Assembly: GCA_000002445.1 (NCBI GenBank)
Contig: CM000208.1
Span: 3,136,001-3,200,000, forward strand
Length of the DNA stretch: 64,000 nt
DNA from: Trypanosoma brucei
Taxonomy: Eukaryota
Direction: 5' to 3'
The translations under genes were made by a program, and so were the position numbers. Below, in pieces: positions 20,001-30,480 of the stretch. How positions within the stretch are numbered: position 1 is the first letter of the stretch; every line of letters starts with the position of its first letter. Below the pieces are notes generated by a model, which saw only the letters and a program-made list of their open reading frames with translations, did no database searches and was not told the DNA's origin.

Positions 20001-22746
20001 GCTCATACCAGCGCAGCTCGCTTGAATTAGAAACTAAAAGCACATCAATAATTACCCTTTCAGAGAATTTCCCATGCTGACATTCATCATCTGGAACTCC
20101 ACCCTCGTTCACATAATTGCGCATGCTGAACACTATAAGTCGTCCTTTTGTTGTTAACAGTGCTAACAACGACCCACAAGGTGTGACTGCTATGACTTGC
20201 ACTTCGTTCGTCACTTGTTCATCGGAACGTTCCAACCCGTTTTCAACCAAACCAGCACTATCTCCTTCAGAGGCTGAAGGTCGCGCTAACCCGGAGCTCA
20301 ACAATCCTGCCCCCGAGCTCATTAGTAAGTGTCTCATCATTTGAACTTGATTATGCATAAAAGCCTCCAAAATCTCACCGGAGTCTTCCCACGACGGTGC
20401 TACACTCGGACCACCGTTGGGGTTATCGGCAAGTTGAATTATCTCAATTGACGGAGCATCATCAGACACCACAGCCTCCTCAATGGAAGTTTGCTGCCCG
20501 ATTGCCATCCTCGACGGCTGACTGTGAATCTCTACTCCATTTACGTCATGTAGGCCCAGTCCATTGACGGTTGTTACCCCGCTCAGCAGTAGTGCCCGTG
20601 CTGCTGCATTTTCCATAGCCTTCAACTGTACATCGAATGGAAGGTCGTTTTCCTGCAGACTAAGTAGCATTCTGGTTTTGCTGAAGGCCTGCTTAAGAAG
20701 ATGATGAACGGAGGGGCGCGGTCGATTGACTCGCTGCACCATCTGAGAGGACTTACCGGATATTAGCATCTCCAATATTGACTCCCTGATGCCGCTTTCC
20801 ACAGTGCCACCAGGGTGGACGTAGCTTCCGCCGCAAAAACCGTTGCCCCCCAACCAGCCATTGTCCTCGTCAAGAAACAGTTTATTACATAGAAGAAGCT
20901 GTCGTTGGACTTCAGGGGACGCTCGTGACACGGCAAGAGATTCATAGGCAGCTCCCTTCAACTTCTCTATGAGAAGCTGTGCGATATTGCCTTCCATTCG
21001 TACTTGTCCCCACTGAGAGTACCTTGTTGCCTGAACATCACAAGCCGCAGTCCGTTCCTGGTTCCCGCACACACCAGAGACTTGGCCGTCTGGGGATGTG
21101 CACGTGGTAGCAGCGCTCCCGGAACCGGCAGCAGCAGTGCTCCTCGCGGTGCAACCACTAAAGTCGCATACTTCCCTTTCCAGTTGCATGGCGCAGTGGT
21201 GGTACCAAATTCCCACAGCCGCTCTCATGGCGGGACCTTGAGAAACATGCTGACACTCGCGATCCTTTCCCTGCGAAACCCCACCTGCTTCACTGGTGCC
21301 CTGGCGGGGGGTGCCTGCGCGCAACACCGAAGATACCTCCGCCATAGAGCCGACAAGCCACGCAAAGAACTGAATGCGCATGGCCGTTTGTGCACAAAAC
21401 AGCTTTTCTTCCTGTGATGGGTGCACACTGACTTCATAACTGCTATTGGTTGCCTCCTCGAACACAGGTAAAGCTGCTTGCCGCACGACATCCATGATCC
21501 GATCCCACCGTTGTTGGGGCGAGGCCCATTCCGAATGAGCTGCTTCTTCTTCAACCAGTACAGCATCTCCGCACGGTAAACCGGTTGCGTCCTCACTCAC
21601 CGGGCCAACGCCCTCGGGTGAGAGGCAATACGCGGAGTTGCGGGAAAGCTGCTCCAAGATCCACATAGAAACCGCTTCCATATTCCTCCTAAAGACGGAT
21701 TCCTCCCGACAAAACAGGGCACAAATACCGTCAGCTATGTCAGCAACATCAGATTTCCCCGCCACCAGCGCAGCTGCCACTGAAGGGCAGGATTTCCCAT
21801 TCGATGCCGGCTTCAATGAGGAGCCACCGTTCCCGTTACCGCAGCGAACCCCCGAACAGTCATCCACACCACCAGTGGTCGATGATTTCAGTTGGTGCGT
21901 CTCCAGCAGCAACAGCTGCAGTTTTTCTTGAAGGTCCGAAAGTTTACTAACAACATTCTGTCTGTCGCAACACCACCGTTGTGGGGCGAGTTCAGCTAAT
22001 GCGACTGCTTCAGTCAAGCACAATTGCGTCCACAGCAACTCAACATAAGCAAAAAAAATTTCAATGATCGAAGTTTCTGTGGACTGTGCCGCGGCAACGG
22101 TAGAGCTTACATCAGATGCCTCACCATCAGGGATCCCTATAACCACTGTAAGCAAACTATGCAACAGGGGTGAAAGCGAAGCCACACCCTCTTCCTCGCT
22201 GGGGGAGTGTGCGCCACGATATAATCGACTCATCGGTGACGTGGCCAACTTGCACAACCTGAGGAAGACAGACTCGCCCCCGTAACCAGCACCATTTTCA
22301 CTAACCGAAGATAACAGAGCACAAAAAAGTGACGAATTTGAATCCTCCACTGGTAACCCATGTAGCAGCTTCTCAAAACTCACGTCATTAATCCTGTCAT
22401 CACATGTGTGATCACTTTGCGTTGACCCAGCTGTGACCGTGCAGGGAGCACCTTGGTTGGGACGAGCAAAGTCGTTTCCGTCGTTAAAATCCTCCGTTGA
22501 GAATCGTACGCTATTTTCAGTGGCATCTCCGCCTCCCTTCATGGTGGCGGGTACTTCTCCCACACGAAGTTGAGTTTCCATCTCCAGTGCCTTTGCGGTT
22601 TCAGTGAGGCCGAGCCCCAGGAGCAGATTCTTTAACAAGCTGCTGTTCTCGACCAACTCGGTCGTTCCTACATTAAATGACCGAGAGGAGTTGCGTTTGG
22701 TGCTCATTCTCCCAAGGGAACTTAGTATATTTTCCCCTCCCTGCAT
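17014..22746 (-). CDS. Very large hypothetical protein (~1910 aa) with WD40/beta-propeller-like segments
   Basis: 1919-codon ORF; the track start at 22773 is TTG and the first ATG (MQGGENILSS) is at 22746. WD-repeat-like stretches are present (e.g. ...SVVLVAVGGLHSKVHVFNALTGARV..., ...CDNTIIRWNPVNGSVIQSI...), together with Ser/acidic-rich low-complexity regions. Confidence 0.6.
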   Translation of the reverse strand: MQGGENILSSLGRMSTKRNSSRSFNVGTTELVENSSLLKNLLLGLGLTETAKALEMETQLRVGEVPATMKGGGDATENSVRFSTEDFNDGNDFARPNQGAPCTVTAGSTQSDHTCDDRINDVSFEKLLHGLPVEDSNSSLFCALLSSVSENGAGYGGESVFLRLCKLATSPMSRLYRGAHSPSEEEGVASLSPLLHSLLTVVIGIPDGEASDVSSTVAAAQSTETSIIEIFFAYVELLWTQLCLTEAVALAELAPQRWCCDRQNVVSKLSDLQEKLQLLLLETHQLKSSTTGGVDDCSGVRCGNGNGGSSLKPASNGKSCPSVAAALVAGKSDVADIADGICALFCREESVFRRNMEAVSMWILEQLSRNSAYCLSPEGVGPVSEDATGLPCGDAVLVEEEAAHSEWASPQQRWDRIMDVVRQAALPVFEEATNSSYEVSVHPSQEEKLFCAQTAMRIQFFAWLVGSMAEVSSVLRAGTPRQGTSEAGGVSQGKDRECQHVSQGPAMRAAVGIWYHHCAMQLEREVCDFSGCTARSTAAAGSGSAATTCTSPDGQVSGVCGNQERTAACDVQATRYSQWGQVRMEGNIAQLLIEKLKGAAYESLAVSRASPEVQRQLLLCNKLFLDEDNGWLGGNGFCGGSYVHPGGTVESGIRESILEMLISGKSSQMVQRVNRPRPSVHHLLKQAFSKTRMLLSLQENDLPFDVQLKAMENAAARALLLSGVTTVNGLGLHDVNGVEIHSQPSRMAIGQQTSIEEAVVSDDAPSIEIIQLADNPNGGPSVAPSWEDSGEILEAFMHNQVQMMRHLLMSSGAGLLSSGLARPSASEGDSAGLVENGLERSDEQVTNEVQVIAVTPCGSLLALLTTKGRLIVFSMRNYVNEGGVPDDECQHGKFSERVIIDVLLVSNSSELRWYEQLALLLSFSPCGRFLLCSVQHVSSSGSEQEQVNQEEDEDVGKVLIYSLHCNDDCRSNDVTASLSATSADSQDSADRLYGTFKVHRTPVTVARWVDPRFWQGERMVQTSPSDSNTSTWRRAAHFHLSFLQCLSCGCDNTIIRWNPVNGSVIQSIATFPVQDILFSPLKQAFYTISHYGQLSMYDAWNENNITNPAEGVIEVGQRGLPASLSVKRSSNDRYGDTPGSPLSEITTHSSDSEVPEFFYAGSQTIQFDRRCVARESDEHEPLLTRMSRAVSDEGVPAGVETRVSSRIGRRILRDVLQHDSTHSAPSDDFILRRSCDSEVEGNGVRSNQRQRPSYSRSRPHANQYANPIASLQLKHRHREGVGRASLRKCDKIAKQDYQSTDEDVIFYRTGSRLVFVEVPHALCHAARVRPSPKDSRYAAPPEPYHLLSMTASGCPVWGECEVSNVKPTQCRCCHSSKSALFRSPSCRYYSDDSLRRNNSRNDGATATSGHSTGMGKSTESLGETAGRGQFQCGFCRCSADGGSPVIEPTAENGRYLCIMASVGPNRSLPSHEQPLEYNPGAYVCLVFDVASGSVVRVIPVCPTQPHFPLTQNGVATTHPKAKRAPIYLLPCSVAVVPKWPQQRRRSSGMLFSVEAANPTNVFCALDGHGISSYPSPYHGVEQDEGVVGRCDADRSESVVLVAVGGLHSKVHVFNALTGARVKDVNLREDDHPDDVTPAAGRRTPTKRARCSYAALADSDRMQSPFPKIDMTESDDSSKESDMGSGTTFSDFSSQQSEHSRIIQHQSLMSDLVERYGVSTVLQSTVDMLSVVPFPFPFRDCQLTASGGNLSAKGVKNSSRLSFSARTPGEAPNSLSGASCLNPCPSFLGQLLSALKDDGVENSTSNARCGSKDVKESATLFSGDTPFEFVSLQSLRRIITKRGTETRSSVLDGDDSSVPLPTAASGSTRFRCGVVNSVALMWDTMRGGVYMFSGDEYGGFFVTGDQINLGA

Positions 22747-22780
22747 AGTGGCGATGGACAAAATAAACACCAACGGGCGC

Positions 22781-22802
22781 TATATATATATATATATATA
22801 TA
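22781..22802. repeat. (TA)11 dinucleotide microsatellite
   Basis: Direct reading tatatatatatatatatatata, immediately upstream (on the minus strand) of the ATG of the 1910-aa gene. Confidence 0.95.
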
Positions 22803-22899
22803 CGAAAATAACACCAACTACCGCTTCACACCTGTGTGTCTACTGTCCCTTCCCACCTCCTTCTCTTTTCTCCCAACTGGCAACGAGAGGAAAAAAAAG

Positions 22900-22995
22900 G
22901 GGAAAGCTTCGGTCAAGTTAGGTGAAAACAATTTACCAAGTAAAAGCGTGATATTGACTCACACCAAAAGATTTGAACAGACGCAGCGGGTAAAG
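22900..22995 (-). promoter_or_regulatory. Poly-pyrimidine tract (in minus-strand RNA) upstream of the 1910-aa gene
   Basis: Plus-strand AG-rich sequence ggaaaaaaaaggggaaagcttcggtcaagttaggtgaaaacaatttaccaagtaaaagcg...gggtaaagggagctagc, lying between the stop of the upstream gene (23367) and the ATG at 22746. Confidence 0.45.
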
Positions 22996-23366
22996 GGAGC
23001 TAGCTTCACAATATCCATAGCTTCCTCCGACTTTTTCGGGCTTTTCCTTATTCTTTTTTTGTCCTCGTTCCCACTCATTCGGATATCTCCAGGGTCATTT
23101 CGCCCCCTACTCCATCTCTCCCCTTCGTTTCTGTCTCTTCTTTGCAATTTTTCATCCAAACGCGTGACGAATGGCGAAACGATCGGAATAATATCCTGAG
23201 CCACTGCCAACTCACCTTTAAAACAAAACAAAAAGAGAAAACACAAACCAAAGGAAACAGAGGTTAACCAATCCTGAAGGATATGCTGCAACATACGTGC
23301 CCGGAACGCAGAAGCGCAGTGAAGAGTAAAGCGTATACGGTGCTAACAGTGACGAGGATGATGATA

Positions 23367-26300
23367 TCATTCGCCTTGAGGATACAACCATGGGGGAGAT
23401 GACCTGCCGCCGAAGGCACCTTGAAGTGTAAGGTGTTTGTGGCGCAGGAGCGCCAGTATTGTCATGAATTGCGCGCTCTCATCCGGTGAGTTCCAGGATG
23501 GAATGACGGTTGGAATAACGGGGAACATTGACAATAAAGATGTGCTGTTTTCCTTCTCAGCGCTTATGCCACCTCGCTTCTGCTGCACGCTGCAGCTCCT
23601 CAGGGCCGCATTTGCGCGACCGCCCCCCGACGCAGCAGTTTCCAACGTAGCCACGCGTTGGCGCCGCACGGATCCTAAGGAGGAGGGGGGTTCATTTCCT
23701 AGCGGAGAATAACCGTGACTTCCAGCGCCGCCATCCGCCACGTAGTCGATCACCCCCCGCTGAGCTTGAGGTAGTTGAATCTGCTCCATTCCAACATCGT
23801 CAAGATAGGCGTCTAACAGTTCAAACGCTTCCCCAGGTGTTTGGGTGACTGAAACAAGGAAGTCAACGGCGTTTTGTACTGTGGCTGCGCGTATCGGGTC
23901 AAGAGGCGAAAGCATTAATTCAACTTCACACAAAACGCTTAAGTACAAGGCCTTCACATCTCCTGTACAACTGACCACGGGGTAAGCGACACGGTTCAGT
24001 GGCCGCTGGTTCAGTGTCGATTTGTTCTCCACCCCAGTGAGTGAGGTTTGCACCTTTTTCGATGCGGCAACCTGTGTATGGCCTTGCACAGTAATCTTCT
24101 TTCGTGTTGTTTGTCGAAGAGGTTTTACAGAAGGAGTTGGTTTTCGTGGCAAGTTTGTCTGGAACTCATTGGGCGATACTCCAGCGAAGCTGCCGTTCAC
24201 ACTGCAACTGCCACGGTCTGGTGCCGGGACGGGGTTCGAAGTTTTCACCGAGCCGGCGCCGCGCAAAAGCATCGCCATGAGGCGTGTGATAACAAAGTGG
24301 CATTGCGGGAGGGGCTCAGTAGGTGCATCATCAAACAGAGACTCCGCCATGACCACTGCAGGATCATCCCGTCGGTAGTAATGTCCATGCCCAAAATGCG
24401 CCGCTGGATAGGAAGGTGCTGCTGGCGTTTGAATAAACGCGAGGCGACCGTCAGTTGCAGCAGTCCCGGAGGACCCCCCTTCAACAGCGCGGGCAGAACT
24501 TTTATCTAGACTGCACGCAAGCCTCGAGTACGCAGTTCCAGGTACCAACAAACCCCCGATTTCCTCTTTCAGGGTAGGAGGTCCACTATCATTCTGCAAG
24601 GTTCCGTTTCCATCATCCACCAACACACATGTCAGCGACCCCCGCCGCGTTATCGTCACCGGAGTCCCTTTACCACTCGCCCGCTTCTTGCGGTATTGTG
24701 GCGTCGTTGGAGGAAGAGTAGATGGGGCGCAGCTGTCAGGATTTACAACTTCGGTGAAATGTGCGGAGGACGATGCGCCAGCGAGAGCCGAGAAGCGGCC
24801 CAGTAGTTCTTCTTCCAGAAGCAACCGATATATGTCACAAACCCACTTACGAAAGAACAACACTTGCCGCTGATCCACAGAGGAGGCAGCAGGGATCAGT
24901 AGCTCCAAAATGATGGTAACCACACGGAAGCAAAGGAGGGAAATTTCCTCCTGAATCTGTTCACGCATGGCTTGTGCGGCAAAGACACCACTATGAACCT
25001 CTTTGCTCACTGCTTGCAGCTCGACCCAGACACAATAAATAATCGTTGACCCGTCGCCGTCCCCGTATTGCTGCAGCGTTGTCCTTCCAGAATCGTCGAT
25101 CACTGAAGTTTTCTCTTCTTCCTTCCCTTCGTCATTGATCCCTGACGTGAAATCTGCTGATACTGCAGGGCCAATACACCCCCCTTTTTGGAGGGAACGA
25201 AGCAGGGAGAACAATGCAATATCACCGGGGTACAACCCATTACTGGATCCTGACGAGAAGGCAATACCCGTTCCTCCCGTCTGCTCGTTTTCATTTGCGT
25301 TGTCTCCCAATGTAGCAATTCCGGCGTAGTTACTGCCACCCCCCACCGCAGAAAACGCGTTGGGGCGGACAGTGTTGCCCGCTTTCCGGCTCAAGCAGTC
25401 GTGGGGCAAACCAGAGGGCACCACATTTGCTCCGCCTTCGTCCGACGCAACATTATCAGCGCGCCACGAAAAGTCGCGGAAATAGCCACGGAGGGACGGA
25501 AATAGCACCGAGAGAAAATTCACTGCCTTCTGTGATGGAAACAAACCAGAAGGCATTGGGGAATCCCCCTTATTTGATCCCTCTCGAAAACAATTACCAG
25601 ATGTTGAACGGTCACCCGCTTGGTCTTCATGCTGTCCATCCCCAAACCTCGTCAATGTGCTCTGCAGCGAACGGGCAACACAGGTTTCCCCACTAGCAAG
25701 CATATCAGCAAACACACTGAGGTACAGTGCAATCTTGTTCATGCTACGGATGGGGGTGGCGCCTGCCGAGAACGAAGAGGGGGCCGATGATTCTGCATTG
25801 AAGGAGCCATTGTCAACGCGGGTCATGCTTTCGTTATCCTCCACACTGTAACCACCACGCCTCAAGTTGAGGGAGTCCACGAGCGACACATGGCTACCAA
25901 GCCGCGAAATATTCCCGTTGCTATTCGCAATATTACCTTTGCTTCCTGCGTGACTGGACTTTCCAGAAACTGAGTAAACCGGTTCGTCGTGTGTGACACT
26001 AGACATTTGACGCTTGGCACCGGTAGTTTTGCCACTACATTTGGTTGGTTTCGAACCTAGTATCTGTACTATGATGGCTGCATCGTCCCTGGATAGTCGG
26101 CCCGTTAGTAACTCAAGAAACTCCTCCACATATTGTTGCCTTCGAACCGCTTCATTGCCACTCGACTGCAGCGGGTCCTCTGGGAAAAGCTGTTTCCCCC
26201 TCAGCGAGTACGGAGCGCAGTTTCTCACAACCTCACTGCAGTCATCGAGGCGTCCGACCGTCTCCTCTTGACCACCAGTGTTTGTAATAACACTCAGATC

Positions 26301-26840
26301 TACTGGAGGCGCTAATTTTACATCGCAGGAACTACAACTATCGGCACAGGTCTCTGTGGGGCTACACGTGTCCTGACAGTTTTTTCTTTTCGAGGGGGTG
26401 GTGAACGGGGGACGAGGAACCTCAATCGTAACGGACGGAGCGAAAGACTCCGACGCATCAGTAGTCTTCTTTGCCTCACCTTCTTTGCCGACTGAGTAAC
26501 GGCCCCACAGCTGATCCAGCGTATGACACCTTTCAGAAAGTTCTGTCAATAGGTGAAAATCCTCCCGAAGAAGACTTTCCACCTCGTTGAAACGCCGAAG
26601 TTCCCCCAGGAGACGTCTCACAAGAGAATCAAACGCATGGACAAAAGCCCGACATTCTTCCTCTCTTAAATGTGGGTCAAAGCGGATTAGAGTTAGGGCG
26701 AGTTCCAGAATATACGTCTTGCTTACACTACATTCGTTTCGTTCAAGCGACTGCATCAACAGGGTGAAATCACCCCTTATCAAAGACGTTATGCAGGGAA
26801 TGGATATGTTCGCATGCGATGCTGCGGTAGTTGTTTGCAT
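23367..26840 (-). CDS. Large hypothetical protein (~1158 aa), low-complexity/Ser-Gly-rich
   Basis: 1172-codon ORF; the track start at 26885 is GTG and the first ATG (MQTTTAASHAN) is at 26840. No recognisable domain. Confidence 0.5.
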   Translation of the reverse strand: MQTTTAASHANISIPCITSLIRGDFTLLMQSLERNECSVSKTYILELALTLIRFDPHLREEECRAFVHAFDSLVRRLLGELRRFNEVESLLREDFHLLTELSERCHTLDQLWGRYSVGKEGEAKKTTDASESFAPSVTIEVPRPPFTTPSKRKNCQDTCSPTETCADSCSSCDVKLAPPVDLSVITNTGGQEETVGRLDDCSEVVRNCAPYSLRGKQLFPEDPLQSSGNEAVRRQQYVEEFLELLTGRLSRDDAAIIVQILGSKPTKCSGKTTGAKRQMSSVTHDEPVYSVSGKSSHAGSKGNIANSNGNISRLGSHVSLVDSLNLRRGGYSVEDNESMTRVDNGSFNAESSAPSSFSAGATPIRSMNKIALYLSVFADMLASGETCVARSLQSTLTRFGDGQHEDQAGDRSTSGNCFREGSNKGDSPMPSGLFPSQKAVNFLSVLFPSLRGYFRDFSWRADNVASDEGGANVVPSGLPHDCLSRKAGNTVRPNAFSAVGGGSNYAGIATLGDNANENEQTGGTGIAFSSGSSNGLYPGDIALFSLLRSLQKGGCIGPAVSADFTSGINDEGKEEEKTSVIDDSGRTTLQQYGDGDGSTIIYCVWVELQAVSKEVHSGVFAAQAMREQIQEEISLLCFRVVTIILELLIPAASSVDQRQVLFFRKWVCDIYRLLLEEELLGRFSALAGASSSAHFTEVVNPDSCAPSTLPPTTPQYRKKRASGKGTPVTITRRGSLTCVLVDDGNGTLQNDSGPPTLKEEIGGLLVPGTAYSRLACSLDKSSARAVEGGSSGTAATDGRLAFIQTPAAPSYPAAHFGHGHYYRRDDPAVVMAESLFDDAPTEPLPQCHFVITRLMAMLLRGAGSVKTSNPVPAPDRGSCSVNGSFAGVSPNEFQTNLPRKPTPSVKPLRQTTRKKITVQGHTQVAASKKVQTSLTGVENKSTLNQRPLNRVAYPVVSCTGDVKALYLSVLCEVELMLSPLDPIRAATVQNAVDFLVSVTQTPGEAFELLDAYLDDVGMEQIQLPQAQRGVIDYVADGGAGSHGYSPLGNEPPSSLGSVRRQRVATLETAASGGGRANAALRSCSVQQKRGGISAEKENSTSLLSMFPVIPTVIPSWNSPDESAQFMTILALLRHKHLTLQGAFGGRSSPPWLYPQGE

Positions 26841-27436
26841 TCCCTTCAATGGAGAAGATGCTGCCGAAAGAGAGTAACACTCCACAACTTTTTGTCAACG
26901 ATGAGGTAAATTGGTGGTGTCAATACTAGGAGGCAGCGAGTAAGCGCACTAACCCTGTGATGATCCCACGACTGCCCTACTATATCAGCAACTTAATACC
27001 TGTCTTCACAAGAAACACCCCAGCGCAGAAAAACCAAAGTTGCGTTTAATTTCTTCCACGGACGCTGGAGAAGAAAGAAACAGACACTGATAAATGCTCC
27101 CTCCAATTACCCAATACGACTTCAACTCTCTGCATATACACTTTAAAGCCTAGGGTAAACATAAGGTGGAAAAAGAGAGGACAGGGAGGAGTTTGATGGA
27201 TGAAAGTTACCTGCAGGTGAAGCGCGTACTGACACGCACAAACACATCACATGACTCAAGAGAACCTTTACACCATCTGTCCATTATACGTAGTGATCCC
27301 TAACCACACCGGTTACTGTTGTGGCTATGGGTTAATTAAAGTGTCTCTTTACTTCATCCTCCTCTTTACACTTAATCGAAACATGAACTCACATCGCAAA
27401 AACTCCCTGTTCACTCATCATTCGTCCTTCGGTACT

Positions 27437-30256
27437 TCATTCAGTAACTTCCGCGGCAGGTTTAAGAACGTCTCTTTGCATCTTTGTCATGTCAATAATG
27501 TACTGTAGTGAAAAGTAGTTTTCCCTCGCTAAATCTCCCAGTGCTCTATGCCTCTGCAGGCTGCGCTGAAGCACCTTTAGTGGAGGTATGATTAGACTAC
27601 GGTCGCAAGAAAAGCTTCCCGCACACTCGCTTGAATGCAGCAGGATGGACTGTGCCCACAACAGAGCGCGTTCAAGTCCACGACTTTCCTCCACCTCACT
27701 GCTCACCCACTTCAGTAACAACGAAAATAAAACAGAGGGAACAGAAGAAACGGCCACAGGGATAGCACTTTGTGGCATCCTTCGCATGCACTCGATTCCA
27801 AGCATTCTATCTCCAAGATTCAGCGCGCCTATGAGCGCCATCACAGACTCACCGCGAGCCAACTGATCGCGCACCTGCTGCGTTGTAATGTTTGCAGTCA
27901 ACTGAAGGGGCTGAAACCTCGGTCTCGCAACGTGGGTAGAAAACACCAACAACCCAACACTTGTTGCTGCCACAAATTCCGTACCAGTTGAAGCGAAAGC
28001 GACGGACATCGTACGGGCCGATAGAGCTGTTTGACGCTTGCCTGTAGCGAAGTGCCGATGCTTGCTCCCCGGCATCTCCAATAGTTTGCCACGTCGGAGG
28101 TGAATGTCGGTGTCATCCACATCAATATCGTCGATGTGTCCCGCTTCCGTCATTTGACGCCACTGATATTGTTCCTCCGCTCCTTGCACGTCGAGGTTAG
28201 TCGTAATCGGCCACTTCTTCAGCATATAACCCTGCTTCGCGTGGTATAGAACGATCCACTTAGAGTCTCCACCGGCAACAATTTTTTCACCCTCCGGCGA
28301 AAAGGCGATAGTCGTAAACCGTGCGTTATAATTGGCACTGCGCGGCCCAACTGACTTACACCATCCCCCAGCTGCGTCAAAACTAGTTTGAAACGTTTTA
28401 ATCACTATTGGCTCCGTGGGCACCAATGTCTCGTAGACAGTAACTTCCTGCTTCATTGTCAGCACCGCTAGATAACGGCCACTGTTGCTGAACGATAAGC
28501 TGAGGACCTCAGAGCCAACGTTGGTCACCTCCACAGTGCCCTTCAACCTGTCCCCTCCGTCCCCATGCGCGAAGAGGTCCCAAACAGCAAGATTGTGGTC
28601 AAGTGAGCCGGAGACAAGGGCCGTACCGGATGGGTGGAATGCAACGCAGGCAATGGGCGCCTCGTGTCCCTGAAGCTGATCGATGAGTTTTCCCGTTTGC
28701 ACAGCGAATAGGTAAATGCGATCTGTCTGTCCGCTCCCCACAGCTAGCACCTCTCCTGACGGATCAACCGCAACACAGGAGAGTTGCGCTTGTTCAGGTG
28801 CCGAATAGACACGAAAGTGGCGATACCGTACAAGATCGTAACCTCTAGCCGTGCCATCTCGGCTACAAGTGAAGAATGCATTTGTTGCAGCACTTGTCGC
28901 GATACCTGTGACAGGGGCCGTGTGCTCAGTGAAGGTCACGTAACACTGGCCCGTGGACGCTCTCCAAACCTTTACCTTTCCATCGTCACCACCCGAAATT
29001 ATACTGCTAGCGTCAGCAGTGATTGCAGTACGGTTAATATCATAGTAGTGCGACTGCTCCTTCAGGACATATGCCTCAGACTTCCAATCCCAGACGAGAA
29101 TTTGTTTGAGGTGTGCACTTCCAAAAGCGATAAAATCGCCACTCGCATTGAATGCTGCAGCCGTAAGAGACTGCGCTGATATGGACAGTAAATGAACAAG
29201 GGGAAACTCTGCTTCACCGCTACCCCCCAGGGAGTGGATGGCGAAGATACCAGAATTGTATCCAATGGCTAGAAGCCCACGGGGTCGGTGGAAAGCGGTG
29301 ACGGATACATTCCCCTTGTGCGTCAGCATATGTTTTTTGTCTACCTCGAATGCGTATCGAAGAATATCTGGAAGAAACGTATCATCAGCGACAGAGACAC
29401 GCACACCCTCAATCTTCAGTTGCTCCAGCCGCTGCTTTTCAAGGAAGGATTTCGGAATGGCCGCACCCTCATCATCTTCCGCATGGGTATATTCATCTTC
29501 CTCACTTTGTGCTCCAACGCGGGCGTTTAGCTTTGCAGAGGCGATAGCTCTCATAACTTCTTGCCTCGTCGTTCGTGTTTGTTTCCACGTCATGACCACA
29601 TTGTCGACCGACACACTCACTACACGATTGCAGGCACTATCAACAAACCATGCACCACAGACTGCAGCACGATGACCCACCAAAGCATTGTGTTGAAGAG
29701 CCATTCCTTTTTGTTGGACGCGGCACTGTCGAGGACAAATTTTCATTCGTGCGTCCTGTCCGCTGAGTAGGATATGCTCACTATCAGGAGTCCACTCAAT
29801 GCACATGATCGGAAGTGTGAGCGCGTTGTGAAGGTTCTCCACACGGTGGCAGCCGTGGTAAGAAACAATGCGCTGAGCAGGGGCTGTGTACACCTGGAGG
29901 GTGGTGTCAAGAGCAAGAGCTACATATCTCCCGCATGGGCTGAACTTGACACAGGAAACCTCACAATCCGGCGGAAACGAAATGGTATCCAACACAACCG
30001 CCGCAGATAAAGAATAGAAAAAACCAACACCACGTCGGCCTATGGCCACTATAAGATCACCGTCAGACGATATGTCAAAGCATTGAATGTTGCTGTTGCT
30101 GCAAGGAAGTGAGTGATGTCCCTCTTGTTGCAGCTTGATGCTGGAGATATAGTTGTTGACCGGCGAGTACAACTGGCGGCCATCAGGGGAAAAAGCAACG
30201 TTGCCACCTGTGTATAGCATGCCGTGAACGGAGGCCAGCTGAAAGTTTGTCTCCAT
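27437..30256 (-). CDS. PWP2: PWP2/UTP1, periodic tryptophan protein 2 (SSU processome WD40 protein)
   Basis: The N-terminus METNFQLASVHGMLYTGGNVAFSPDGRQLYSPVNNYIS corresponds to yeast Pwp2 FSNLLGTVYRQGNITFSDDGKQLLSPVGNRVS. Multiple WD repeats are followed by a C-terminal Utp12-like region. The ATG at 30256 was checked (the track ORF extends to 30316). An AG-rich tract at 30388-30480 on the plus strand (poly-Y in the minus-strand RNA) lies upstream. Confidence 0.85.
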   Translation of the reverse strand: METNFQLASVHGMLYTGGNVAFSPDGRQLYSPVNNYISSIKLQQEGHHSLPCSNSNIQCFDISSDGDLIVAIGRRGVGFFYSLSAAVVLDTISFPPDCEVSCVKFSPCGRYVALALDTTLQVYTAPAQRIVSYHGCHRVENLHNALTLPIMCIEWTPDSEHILLSGQDARMKICPRQCRVQQKGMALQHNALVGHRAAVCGAWFVDSACNRVVSVSVDNVVMTWKQTRTTRQEVMRAIASAKLNARVGAQSEEDEYTHAEDDEGAAIPKSFLEKQRLEQLKIEGVRVSVADDTFLPDILRYAFEVDKKHMLTHKGNVSVTAFHRPRGLLAIGYNSGIFAIHSLGGSGEAEFPLVHLLSISAQSLTAAAFNASGDFIAFGSAHLKQILVWDWKSEAYVLKEQSHYYDINRTAITADASSIISGGDDGKVKVWRASTGQCYVTFTEHTAPVTGIATSAATNAFFTCSRDGTARGYDLVRYRHFRVYSAPEQAQLSCVAVDPSGEVLAVGSGQTDRIYLFAVQTGKLIDQLQGHEAPIACVAFHPSGTALVSGSLDHNLAVWDLFAHGDGGDRLKGTVEVTNVGSEVLSLSFSNSGRYLAVLTMKQEVTVYETLVPTEPIVIKTFQTSFDAAGGWCKSVGPRSANYNARFTTIAFSPEGEKIVAGGDSKWIVLYHAKQGYMLKKWPITTNLDVQGAEEQYQWRQMTEAGHIDDIDVDDTDIHLRRGKLLEMPGSKHRHFATGKRQTALSARTMSVAFASTGTEFVAATSVGLLVFSTHVARPRFQPLQLTANITTQQVRDQLARGESVMALIGALNLGDRMLGIECMRRMPQSAIPVAVSSVPSVLFSLLLKWVSSEVEESRGLERALLWAQSILLHSSECAGSFSCDRSLIIPPLKVLQRSLQRHRALGDLARENYFSLQYIIDMTKMQRDVLKPAAEVTE

Positions 30257-30387
30257 TCTTTTTTTTTTTACCTTGCTTGTCGCGAGGTTGATGTTGCTGC
30301 AGCCGCTCGCTTCCACTACCCGTATTCACGTACGGTTGCCTTCACTTTCACCTGGACTTTATTGCTACCCGCAGGTTTCCAACGAAC

Positions 30388-30480
30388 CAGAAAAATAAAA
30401 CGACGAAAGAGGGGAAACCAGAGCGCATACATGAGGGATCAGCAAACAACAATTGCAACAAGCATCTGAAGAGCAAAAGT
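30388..30480 (-). promoter_or_regulatory. Poly-pyrimidine tract (in minus-strand RNA) upstream of PWP2: trans-splicing and polyadenylation signal region
   Basis: Plus-strand purine-rich sequence aaaaataaaacgacgaaagaggggaaaccagagcg...caaacaacaattgcaacaagcatctgaagagcaaaag, which is poly-Y on the transcribed strand. Confidence 0.45.
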
